A DNA stretch of 38,063 nucleotides, from NCBI GenBank assembly GCA_913020725.1, contig CAJWCD010000014.1, forward strand, positions 1 through 38,063. Reading direction: 5' to 3'. The position numbers and the translations under genes are program-made. Positions 30,447 to 38,063 of this stretch are shown here, one piece after another (positions within the stretch are counted from its first letter, which is position 1; every line of letters begins with the position of its first letter). The DNA comes from an uncultured Pseudomonadota bacterium (GTDB taxonomy: Bacteria; SAR324; NAC60-12). Under the pieces are notes generated by a model. It worked only from the letters and a program-made list of their open reading frames with translations. It had not been told where the DNA came from and made no database searches.

Positions 30447-30461
30447 CTTCACTCCTCACCT
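30447..30461 (+). repeat. Part of a short heptamer tandem repeat (TCACTCT TCACTCC TCACCTT, 30442-30462)
   Basis: Read directly in the pyrimidine-rich leader before GTG 30465. Confidence 0.3.
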
Positions 30462-30464
30462 TTT

Positions 30465-32297
30465 GTGCCCCCGGCTGACCGCACCCTTCCGCTGCTGCTT
30501 CACTACCTGCGCCAGCACTGGCTTTCCTACAGCTTGGGCGTGGTGGCGATCATTTGCACCAACTGGATCGCCGTCAGCATTCCCCACTACATCCAAGTCA
30601 GCATTGACCTGCTGGGGGCAGACTTCAGCAACCAACAGCAACGGCTCACCGACAACCTGCTGATCATGCTGGCCCTTGCCGTGTGCATGATTGTGGTGCG
30701 CACCCTCTCGCGCATCCTCTTCTTCAATCCGGGACGCGCCATCGAGTGTCAGGTCAAGAACGACATGTTCCACAAGTTGATGGCGCTCCAGAAGGGGTAC
30801 TACGACCAAAACCCCTCTGGCGGCATCATCTCCAAGGTCAACAACGACATCACGGGCATCCGCATGATCTGCGGGTTTGCCATGATGCAGGCGTTCAACA
30901 TTATCACGATGCTCTCGCTCACGCCGCTGAAGATGTGGCAGCTTTCTCCCAAGCTCACACTCTACTGCATCCTGCCGATCATCGTGGCCTTCACGGTCGT
31001 GTGGTTGGGAATGCGGGTGCTGGTCCGCCACATGCGGGCGCGGATGAAGGCGTTGCAGCGGCTCTCGGCGTTCTCGGTGGCTTCACTCTCCAGCATCGAC
31101 GCTATCAAGAGCTACGAGATGCACCCGTGGGTTTTGGGACGTTTTGGTGTGGAAAGCGCGGAGATGGTCACGCGGGCTTTGCACATGTCGTGGGTGCGTT
31201 CCTTCGTGATGCCGATCCTCTCCAACCTCGAACACGTCCTCAAACTGCTCATTTTGCTCGTGGGCGGTGCCCTCGTGATTCAGGAGAACCTCTCGCTTGG
31301 CGAACTCACCGCCTTCATCACCTACGCCGTTTTGCTGACGTTGCCGCTGATGGCGCTGGGGTGGGTGACGACGATGATCCAGCAGGGCTTGGTCGGACTG
31401 GAAAGTGTGCGCACCGTACTCGCCGAAAAAACACCGCTTTCGGAAACCCCGGACCTGCCGGAATCCGAATCGCGGGGGCTGTTTTCCAACGGTGGCCTAA
31501 CAGTAAACAAGCTCAGCTATCGCTTTCCGGACGGCTCCGGAGACGTGTTGCAGGAGGTCTCGTTCGCCATCCAGCCCGGACAGGTCATCGGCATTCTCGG
31601 ACGCATCGGCTCCGGAAAAAGCGCGCTCATCAATTGCCTGAATCGCTACCTCTCTCCACCTCCCGGCAGCGTGAAACTCGGCGACCGCGACCTTGGCGAA
31701 TTGAGCTTTTCCGATGTGCGCCGCAGCATCCGCACGGTCACGCAGGAGCCGTTTCTGTTCTCGGACACCGTGCGCGAAAACATCCGCTTCACGCTTCCGG
31801 AGGAACCGGAGGCATCCGAGCAAGCCTTGGCTCGCGTGATCCACGCCGCCGCGTTGCAGGAAGAGGTGCAGCGTTTTCCCAAGCAAACCGAAACGCTGGT
31901 CGGGGAAAAGGGCATCATGCTCTCCGGAGGGCAGAAGCAGCGCATCAGCCTCGCTCGTGCGATGACGGAACCTTGCGATCTGCTCATTCTCGACAATGTG
32001 CTTTCCGCAGTCGATTACGAAACCGAGCGTTTCCTGCTGCGCGAAATCCACCAATTGCTACGTCCGGAAACCAACGGCAAGCCACTCGTGCAGGCGTTGT
32101 TGATCGTCTCGCATCGCGTCACCTCGATGGAACGGGCCGATCACATCCTCGTGCTTGACGAAGGGCGCATTGTCGATCAGGGCACTCACCCCGAACTCAT
32201 CCGACAATCCGGCTACTATCAGGAAATGTGGCGGCTGCAAAACGAGAGTCCTGCCCCGGAACCTCCGGAACTGCCCCAACTCGTCCCGGCGGTTTGA
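30465..32297 (+). CDS. ABC exporter half-transporter (MdlA-like) with degenerate Walker B
   Basis: N-terminal TMD; GRIGSGKS, LSGGQKQRISLARA, LILDNVLSAVD, SHR. Confidence 0.9.
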   Translation: MPPADRTLPLLLHYLRQHWLSYSLGVVAIICTNWIAVSIPHYIQVSIDLLGADFSNQQQRLTDNLLIMLALAVCMIVVRTLSRILFFNPGRAIECQVKNDMFHKLMALQKGYYDQNPSGGIISKVNNDITGIRMICGFAMMQAFNIITMLSLTPLKMWQLSPKLTLYCILPIIVAFTVVWLGMRVLVRHMRARMKALQRLSAFSVASLSSIDAIKSYEMHPWVLGRFGVESAEMVTRALHMSWVRSFVMPILSNLEHVLKLLILLVGGALVIQENLSLGELTAFITYAVLLTLPLMALGWVTTMIQQGLVGLESVRTVLAEKTPLSETPDLPESESRGLFSNGGLTVNKLSYRFPDGSGDVLQEVSFAIQPGQVIGILGRIGSGKSALINCLNRYLSPPPGSVKLGDRDLGELSFSDVRRSIRTVTQEPFLFSDTVRENIRFTLPEEPEASEQALARVIHAAALQEEVQRFPKQTETLVGEKGIMLSGGQKQRISLARAMTEPCDLLILDNVLSAVDYETERFLLREIHQLLRPETNGKPLVQALLIVSHRVTSMERADHILVLDEGRIVDQGTHPELIRQSGYYQEMWRLQNESPAPEPPELPQLVPAV

Positions 32298-33838
32298 TCT
32301 CCATACCCAATGCTGCATCCGGCTCCCAAACCGGAACGGTCCTGCTCGCGCTGGAAAATGTCTCCACGCAACTGGGCTGCAAGGAAGTGCTGTCCAACCT
32401 GAATTGGACCTTCCGGAGTGGAGAAAGCTGGGCGCTGGTCGGCCCCAACGGTGCCGGTAAAACAACGCTTGTGCAGGTGCTGCTCCAGCGGCGTCCATAC
32501 TTTCAGGGCACGATTCGTCGGCATCCGGAACTGCTCAAACCGGAGCGCATCGGCTATGTCGCGCTCCACCAGCAAAAGCAACTGATCGCCCGCGAGGAGC
32601 GCAAGGAGCGCTGGGAGGACTACAGTGGCAAGGAGCAGGTGGGCCTCACCTGCCGCAGTTGGGTCACAGCAGAAGTCCATCCCGATCCAGAACAGTTGGA
32701 ATCGCTGGCGGCTCGATTTCAGATGGCCGACTTACTGGACCGTCCGTTGCGGCAGTACTCCAATGGAGAGCTGCGCAAGACGCTGCTGCTACGGGCCTTG
32801 CTCACCAATCCGGCGTTGCTGTTGCTTGACGAACCCTTTGACGGACTTGACACCAACAGCACCGCGTGGCTCAAGCAAACCCTTGGTGTTCTCATCCAAA
32901 GCGGCCTGCCCGTGTTGTTGGTGACGCATCGTGCGGACGAGGTGGTTCCGGAAATCTCGCATGTGCTGGCTCTCAAGGCAGGGTGCATTTTCAAGCAGGG
33001 TTCCCAGCAGGAGGTGCTGTGCGAAAAGCTGCTGCGGAATTTGTACGATCCTACTTTTGGGCAGGGTTCCACACAAACCAAAATGGCACGCCCGCTACCG
33101 CTGCCAGCAGCCACAACTCCGTCCACCGATCCTCCGGTGGTGATGCGCAATGTGACGGTACGCTATGGCAAAAAGATCGTGCTGAACGGGCTGGACTGGA
33201 CGGTGCAGCCCGGAGAAAATTGGCTGGTGGTGGGACCAAACGGCGCAGGAAAATCCACGCTGCTCAACCTCATCTCCGGAGATCATTTGCAGGGGTATTC
33301 CAACGATGTCCGGATTTTCGGCCAGAAACGCGGGTCCGGAGCAAGCATCTGGGATCTCAAACAGCGCATTGGCTTGGTGTCCTCAGAATTTCAGGTCAAG
33401 TACCGCAACGAAATCCGCGGACGCCATGTGATCCTCTCCGGATTCTTCGACTCCATCGGACTTTACCGTCAAGCCTCACCCGCCCAACGTGCCCAAGCCG
33501 AAGCATGGATCACTGCACTTGAGCTGGAAACCTTCGCCGAAGCCGAATACCAAAAACTCTCCTACGGTCAGCAGCGGTTGATTCTGCTCGTGCGGGCGCT
33601 GGTCAAGCATCCGGAGTTGCTCATTCTCGACGAACCATGTCAAGGACTCGATCCGCAAAACCGCGAGCGCATTTTGCAGTTGGTGGACCGCATCGGACAC
33701 GAAACCTCAACACAGGTGTTGTACGTCACCCATGCTGCCGAGGACACCCTCACCTGCATTGATCGCATTTTGCGCTTCGTTCCACAAGCAGACGGTGGTT
33801 TTCACACACAGTTTGAGCAATCCGCCAATTCCTCTTGA
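32294..33838 (+). CDS. ModF-like ATP-binding protein with two ABC domains
   Basis: GPNGAGKT/YSNGE/LLDEPFDGLD and GPNGAGKS/GASIWDLKQRIG/LSYGQ/LDEPCQGLD. Probable TTG start overlaps the upstream stop (TTGA). Confidence 0.85.
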   Translation: MISIPNAASGSQTGTVLLALENVSTQLGCKEVLSNLNWTFRSGESWALVGPNGAGKTTLVQVLLQRRPYFQGTIRRHPELLKPERIGYVALHQQKQLIAREERKERWEDYSGKEQVGLTCRSWVTAEVHPDPEQLESLAARFQMADLLDRPLRQYSNGELRKTLLLRALLTNPALLLLDEPFDGLDTNSTAWLKQTLGVLIQSGLPVLLVTHRADEVVPEISHVLALKAGCIFKQGSQQEVLCEKLLRNLYDPTFGQGSTQTKMARPLPLPAATTPSTDPPVVMRNVTVRYGKKIVLNGLDWTVQPGENWLVVGPNGAGKSTLLNLISGDHLQGYSNDVRIFGQKRGSGASIWDLKQRIGLVSSEFQVKYRNEIRGRHVILSGFFDSIGLYRQASPAQRAQAEAWITALELETFAEAEYQKLSYGQQRLILLVRALVKHPELLILDEPCQGLDPQNRERILQLVDRIGHETSTQVLYVTHAAEDTLTCIDRILRFVPQADGGFHTQFEQSANSS

Positions 33839-33876
33839 AAACGGCAGACGATTCCGGGAGACTTTTTGGAAAGGAA

Positions 33877-33950
33877 ATCCAGAAGTCAGGAGCCCGAAGT
33901 CAGCATGGATTTTCATGGCTCCTGAATTCCGTCTCCTGGCTCCTGACTCC
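33877..33950. repeat. Inverted arrays of heptamer repeats (STRR-like)
   Basis: Left arm ATCCAGA AGTCAGG AGCCCGA AGTCAGC; right arm TGGCTCC TGAATTC CGTCTCC TGGCTCC TGACTCC. AGTCAGGAGCC (33884-33894) pairs perfectly with 33938-33948. Confidence 0.7.
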
Positions 33951-33985
33951 TTCCATTCACAACCAACCTCAACCCGAACCATCCC

Positions 33986-34645
33986 ATGAAAATCTTTGCT
34001 GACACCGCCGAAGTTCAGGAAATCCAGAGCCTTCAGGATCTGGGCATCATTGATGGCGTGACCACCAACCCCAGCCTCATCGCCAAATCCGGGCGCGACA
34101 TCCGGGAGGTGCTGGCGGAAATCTGTGCGATCTGCCCCGGAGACATTTCCGGAGAAACCGTTGCCTCGGAGGCGGATGGGATGATTCGGGAAGGACGCTG
34201 GTTGCGGAAAATCGCGGACAACATGGTCGTCAAGGTGCCGCTTACTCCGGCAGGCATCCGGGCTTGTAAAACCCTCAGTGAGGACGGGCATCCGGTCAAT
34301 GTCACCCTCTGCTTCAGTGCCAACCAAGCCCTGCTCGCGGCCAAGGCGGGTGCCCGCTACATCAGCCCATTTGTCGGACGCTTGGACGACCTCGGCCAAG
34401 ACGGAATGGAACTCATCGCCGACATCCGCGAGATTTATGACAACTACGGTTTTGACACGCAAATCCTCACCGCGTCCGTGCGCGGCCCGCATCATGTGCT
34501 GACGGCTGCCAAAATCGGAGCTGATGTCTTCACTGCCCCTCCGAAGGTGATTCTCCAACTCTTCAACCACCCGCTCACGGACAAGGGGCTGCAAGCCTTT
34601 CTCGACGACTGGGCCAAGACCGGACAGACGCTCGGACAGGCTTGA
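33986..34645 (+). CDS. tal: Transaldolase (short TalC/FSA-family type)
   Basis: [14 protein letters not shown], Schiff-base Lys in VVKVP. Glu in ISGET and Phe in YISPF indicate transaldolase rather than FSA. Confidence 0.9.
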   Translation: MKIFADTAEVQEIQSLQDLGIIDGVTTNPSLIAKSGRDIREVLAEICAICPGDISGETVASEADGMIREGRWLRKIADNMVVKVPLTPAGIRACKTLSEDGHPVNVTLCFSANQALLAAKAGARYISPFVGRLDDLGQDGMELIADIREIYDNYGFDTQILTASVRGPHHVLTAAKIGADVFTAPPKVILQLFNHPLTDKGLQAFLDDWAKTGQTLGQA

Positions 34646-34899
34646 ATGGTTTCGCCAGCGCAAGCGTCCGGAGGGTCACGCCACCGCAAAGCCCACCGAT
34701 GCACCTTAGCGAGGTTGATGTGCTGTCGGGCTTGTCGGAGCGAGTGTTCCTTTCGACCTCGCAGGCCTGCGGCGCACCAAGCGGCTGGAGCAGTCCGGGG
34801 TGATCCGATGGTCTCCAGTGTGCGCTCCAGCCTGCTGCTTCAGGAGTGCAAGCACACCACCGCGCTCCCGCTCAGCCACCTGCGGGCGGCCACGGTGAA

Positions 34900-36126
34900 T
34901 CAGAGGAAGGATTCGTCCAGCGGGTAGGGCGAGAGGAGTTCGCTCCCGGAATCTGTGATCAGCATCTGCTGTTCGAGTTTCACGCCCTCGCGTCCACCGA
35001 CACGCCCCACATAGGATTCGATGCAGATTGCCATGCCGGGTTCGATGAGGCCGTTGTACCCGCCGCGTTCCATGTCCTCCGTGTAGGCGATATGCGGGTA
35101 CTCGTCACAAAGCCCCACCCCGTGTGCGACCACGGAGTAGCGATTCGGCAGGTAGTCTTCCGGAAGCTGGTAGCTTTGCTGTGAAAACTCCTTGAAGGTC
35201 AGGCCGGGTTTGAGCAACCGCTGGTTGTAGTCCAACTGCGCCGTGGCCATCTCGTAAAGCCGCCGCTGCTCGTCATTGGGCTTGCCGTCCCCGCAGTACC
35301 AACTCCGGGAGATGTCAGCACAGTAGCCGTAGGGGCCGATGAGGTCGGAGTCGAGACAGACCAAATCCCCCGATTCAATCACGCGGTTGCTGCTTTCCCG
35401 GTACCACGGATTGGTGCGGGGTCCGGAAGCGAGCAGGCGCGTCTCGATCCACTCCCCGCCGAGTTCGATGTTGGTCTGGTGCAGCACCGACCAGACGTCG
35501 TTCTCGGTGAGTCCGGGACGCAGCATGTGCTCCATGCGCCGGAACGCCTCGTCGTTGGCGGCAATCGCAATGCGCATCGCCTTGAGCTCTTCCGGAGACT
35601 TGATGCGCCGCGCCAACTCCGTGACCTCCTGCCCGTCGAAAATTTCCATGCCCTCGGCTTCCAATGCCGCAATGCCTGCGGGATCGCACTTGTCAATGGC
35701 GAGCCGACGATTTCCGCCCCCGTGAGTGCGCACGAGATCGGCGATTTCCAACGCCCAGCGTTTGGCCTTTTCCTGCACTCGCGGACCTGCCCCAAAGTAA
35801 AACCACGAAAGCGCGGAACGCACCTCCTGCACCGTTTCATAGCCTTCCGAAAGGTGGTTGCAGCCGTGAAAATCGAAGAGCGTGACCGGCCCCTCGGTAG
35901 GAATGAAGCAGTAGCGCACCGCGTTGTGCATGCACCACACCTGCATGTTCGAGGTGTCGGTCGCGTAGCGGATGTTGAGGGGATCGTAGAGCAGGATTCC
36001 CGCATAGTCGCGCTGCTTGAGTTCTGCCCGGATGCGATTGAGGCGGTACTGCCGCATCGTCGAGAGTTCGGCATCGGTGAGCGTCGGAAGCTCTGCCAGC
36101 GTGGCAGGCGTGAAGTGGGTTGTCAT
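34900..36126 (-). CDS. M24-family protein, DddP-like (candidate DMSP lyase)
   Basis: DPLNIRYATD.SNMQ.W, GGEWIETRLLASGPRTNPW, DSDLIGPYGYCADISR, HGVGLCDEYP, IES, KLEQQ. AAGGA precedes ATG 36126. Confidence 0.82.
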   Translation of the reverse strand: MTTHFTPATLAELPTLTDAELSTMRQYRLNRIRAELKQRDYAGILLYDPLNIRYATDTSNMQVWCMHNAVRYCFIPTEGPVTLFDFHGCNHLSEGYETVQEVRSALSWFYFGAGPRVQEKAKRWALEIADLVRTHGGGNRRLAIDKCDPAGIAALEAEGMEIFDGQEVTELARRIKSPEELKAMRIAIAANDEAFRRMEHMLRPGLTENDVWSVLHQTNIELGGEWIETRLLASGPRTNPWYRESSNRVIESGDLVCLDSDLIGPYGYCADISRSWYCGDGKPNDEQRRLYEMATAQLDYNQRLLKPGLTFKEFSQQSYQLPEDYLPNRYSVVAHGVGLCDEYPHIAYTEDMERGGYNGLIEPGMAICIESYVGRVGGREGVKLEQQMLITDSGSELLSPYPLDESFL

Positions 36127-36279
36127 GTGGTTCCTTGGGTTTGAGTGACCCAACATCGTTAGCGCGGAATTCTTGGAGGTGCAACCAAAAAATCCACAAA
36201 AATCTCCAGCTTGTTTTCGTCACACCGTTTCGCATTTTTCCGACACTCTCCGACAGCGCATTTAACACGGAGTGGGTGA

Positions 36280-37341
36280 TCAGCGCAAGCGCACCCCAAG
36301 TCCGGAAGCGTTGCTGAGGTGCAGCACACCGTTGCGGATTTCGTAGCCACCCACCGCAGGGTCGCGCACGAGGTCGAGGTCGCCGTCAAGGTCGAGGTAG
36401 CGGGTGTTTGGACAGGCAAGGGCAAGGTGCAGTGCGGCGGCGAGGCTCACGCAGCTTTCGTCGTTGCAGCCCCACATCAGGGCGATGTTTCCGAGTTCCG
36501 CCAGTTGCGCGATGCGACGGGCGGGTTCCAGCCCTCCGGATTTCATGATCTTGATGTTGTAGATGCCGCAGTAGCGTTCCGGAAAACCGAACTGCAAAGC
36601 GTCGCGCTCCGATTGCAAAGTTTCGTCCAAGGCGATCCATTGCCGCTGTTCCGGGGATAATTTTAGCAGATCGTCGGTGGCGGACACTGGAAGTGGCTGT
36701 TCGATGAACTCCAGTCGCAATTCGTCAAAGCAGGCCAGCAACCCCTGCAAGTCCGGGAGCGTGTACCCCTGATTGGGGTCAACACGCAGCACGGCCTCTT
36801 CCGGAAGCACCTCGCGCAACCGCCGCAGTTTCTCTAGGTCTTCCTCCAAGCTCTTGCCGAGTTTGACCTTGAACACTCCAAAGCCCCGCGCATTGTTTTC
36901 TTGGGCTTCGGCAAGGGTTTCGTCCAGACTCCGGATGCCGAGCGTGATGGAAGTCGGCAGCGTCGTGTGGCAACGCCCCAGCAGTTCCGTCAGTGGCACC
37001 TCCAACCGTTGCGCCAACAAATCGTGCAACGCCATGTCCAGCGCAGCACGAGCGGCGGGATTGTTCGGCAGAGCCGTGGCCGCTTCGCGCAACAGCCGAG
37101 GGAGGTTCCGGGCATCCTCACCCTTCAGAAAATCCAACGACTTCAGAGCAGCGGCGCAGGAGTCGTGGCTTTCGCCCGTGACCCGTTTGCTGGGCGAGGC
37201 CGATCCCAATCCGGTCAACCCGCAAGCGGACTGCACTTCCAGAAAATGCAGGGTCGCCGAGTCGTTGGTGTTGTCCGCAATGGTGAAGGGCAACCGTAGC
37301 GGGATGGTTTCTCGAAAGGAATGAACGGTCGTGATTTTCAT
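36280..37341 (-). CDS. Dipeptide epimerase (L-Ala-D/L-Glu epimerase type, enolase superfamily)
   Basis: KVKLG, RVDPNQG, FIEQP, IALDE, NIKIMKSGG, MWGCNDES, DLDG. Confidence 0.88.
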   Translation of the reverse strand: MKITTVHSFRETIPLRLPFTIADNTNDSATLHFLEVQSACGLTGLGSASPSKRVTGESHDSCAAALKSLDFLKGEDARNLPRLLREAATALPNNPAARAALDMALHDLLAQRLEVPLTELLGRCHTTLPTSITLGIRSLDETLAEAQENNARGFGVFKVKLGKSLEEDLEKLRRLREVLPEEAVLRVDPNQGYTLPDLQGLLACFDELRLEFIEQPLPVSATDDLLKLSPEQRQWIALDETLQSERDALQFGFPERYCGIYNIKIMKSGGLEPARRIAQLAELGNIALMWGCNDESCVSLAAALHLALACPNTRYLDLDGDLDLVRDPAVGGYEIRNGVLHLSNASGLGVRLR

Positions 37342-37443
37342 GAATTCGGGTGAGCATGAAGATTGGCCTCAAGCTAGGAACCCATTCTGCGCCTATCCCA
37401 TGTTTAGGTCAATCCCGAATCCGGCACAAGGGGGATGCTTCGG

Positions 37444-37948
37444 TCACTTTCCTTGGAGTTCCGCATACGCCTTGAACATCTTGTTCATCAACTCAATGTG
37501 CTGCGCGTCATTGAGCCGGCCTGCGGTGGAAACCTTGCCCCAAAGCTCTTCGTTGCTCATCTCGCGGTGGCAACCCATGCAGAGTCCGGTGCGCTCCATC
37601 GCGTCTCGGGTTTCCTTGGGGAGCGCCCGTGAAAGCGGCCAGTGAGTGCCGACGGTCTGCACCTGCTGACCGTCCTTGATGATGGTGGACCAGTCGAAAT
37701 CCAGGGCTTCGATCTTGGAAATCTGAATCCAGTAGCGTCCGGGAATCGGCTTTCCAGTTTTCTGATCGATCAAATCCTCAACCATATCTTCGGTGTAGCG
37801 CCTTTGAAACACGCCTCCTGCAATACCGTAGCCCCGTGCCTTGAGGTTGTTGTGGCAACTTTCACAGGTGCGGGCCTGCACTGGGCGGAGTGGGGTGCAC
37901 TGGAGCCATGTCCAGTCCCAGCGGAGTGCGCTTCTGCCCCAACTCCGC
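37444..37948 (-). pseudogene. C-terminal remnant of a large multiheme cytochrome c, frameshifted and 5'-truncated
   Basis: CESCH and CMGCH heme motifs. The upstream ELGQKRTPLGLDMAPVHP lies in another frame; restoring one base near 37892 and one near 37878 gives DMAPVHPHSAQCxARTCESCH. Confidence 0.75.
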
Positions 37949-38063
37949 TGCGAGGGACTCGAGTTCATCATCGACGGAGTGGAGCGCCCCATCCAGCCCC
38001 CCAAAAATCCGAGCGGCAAAGGCAATTCTACAGCGGCAAGCAGAAGCGCCACAGCATCAAGAA
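37949..38063 (+). mobile_element. Internal fragment of a DDE transposase (IS5/ISL2-like, DDE_Tnp_4 type), frameshifted; runs off the window
   Basis: CEGLEFIIDGVERPIQPPKN, one-base slip at 38009-38010, then ERQRQFYSGKQKRHSIK; matches the IDGTE.PI.RP...Q...YSGKKK.H..K motif. Confidence 0.8.

Noticed and set aside
30683..32158. 491-aa alternative-frame ORF and other long shadow ORFs (e.g. 3245-4192, 33707-34663)
   Set aside because: They overlap well-supported genes, have no motifs, and are expected at this GC content.
33986..34645. Fructose-6-phosphate aldolase (fsa) call
   Set aside because: The diagnostic positions are Glu and Phe (transaldolase), not Gln and Tyr.
37444..38052. 202-aa ORF as an intact diheme cytochrome with a signal peptide
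   Set aside because: Its first ~58 residues come from antisense transposase DNA and out-of-frame cytochrome sequence.

Overview
GC-rich bacterial chromosome segment; the gene content suggests a marine SAR324-like lineage, but this is inference. Left part (1-14.4 kb) is a catabolic accessory region: a TAXI-type TRAP transporter, a CPA2 antiporter, a vapBC toxin-antitoxin pair, a complete protocatechuate 4,5-cleavage cluster (ligA-B-C-I-K-J-U) preceded by an Fe(II)/2OG-type oxygenase, a cryptic rearranged IS30-family remnant, an Asp/Glu-racemase-family gene and an SDR + beta-keto acid cleavage enzyme pair. The middle and right hold rho-rpmE-prfA (no prmC), a PMCA-type P-type ATPase, two prepilin-type genes, a four-domain fused ABC transporter, an atypical coaBC, a PhoH lacking its PIN domain, plsC, two further ABC proteins, transaldolase, a DddP-like M24 enzyme and a dipeptide epimerase. 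The right end is a frameshifted multiheme cytochrome c remnant joined to a transposase fragment. No rRNA, tRNA or CRISPR array was seen. All family calls come from motif recognition by eye; no database searches were run.
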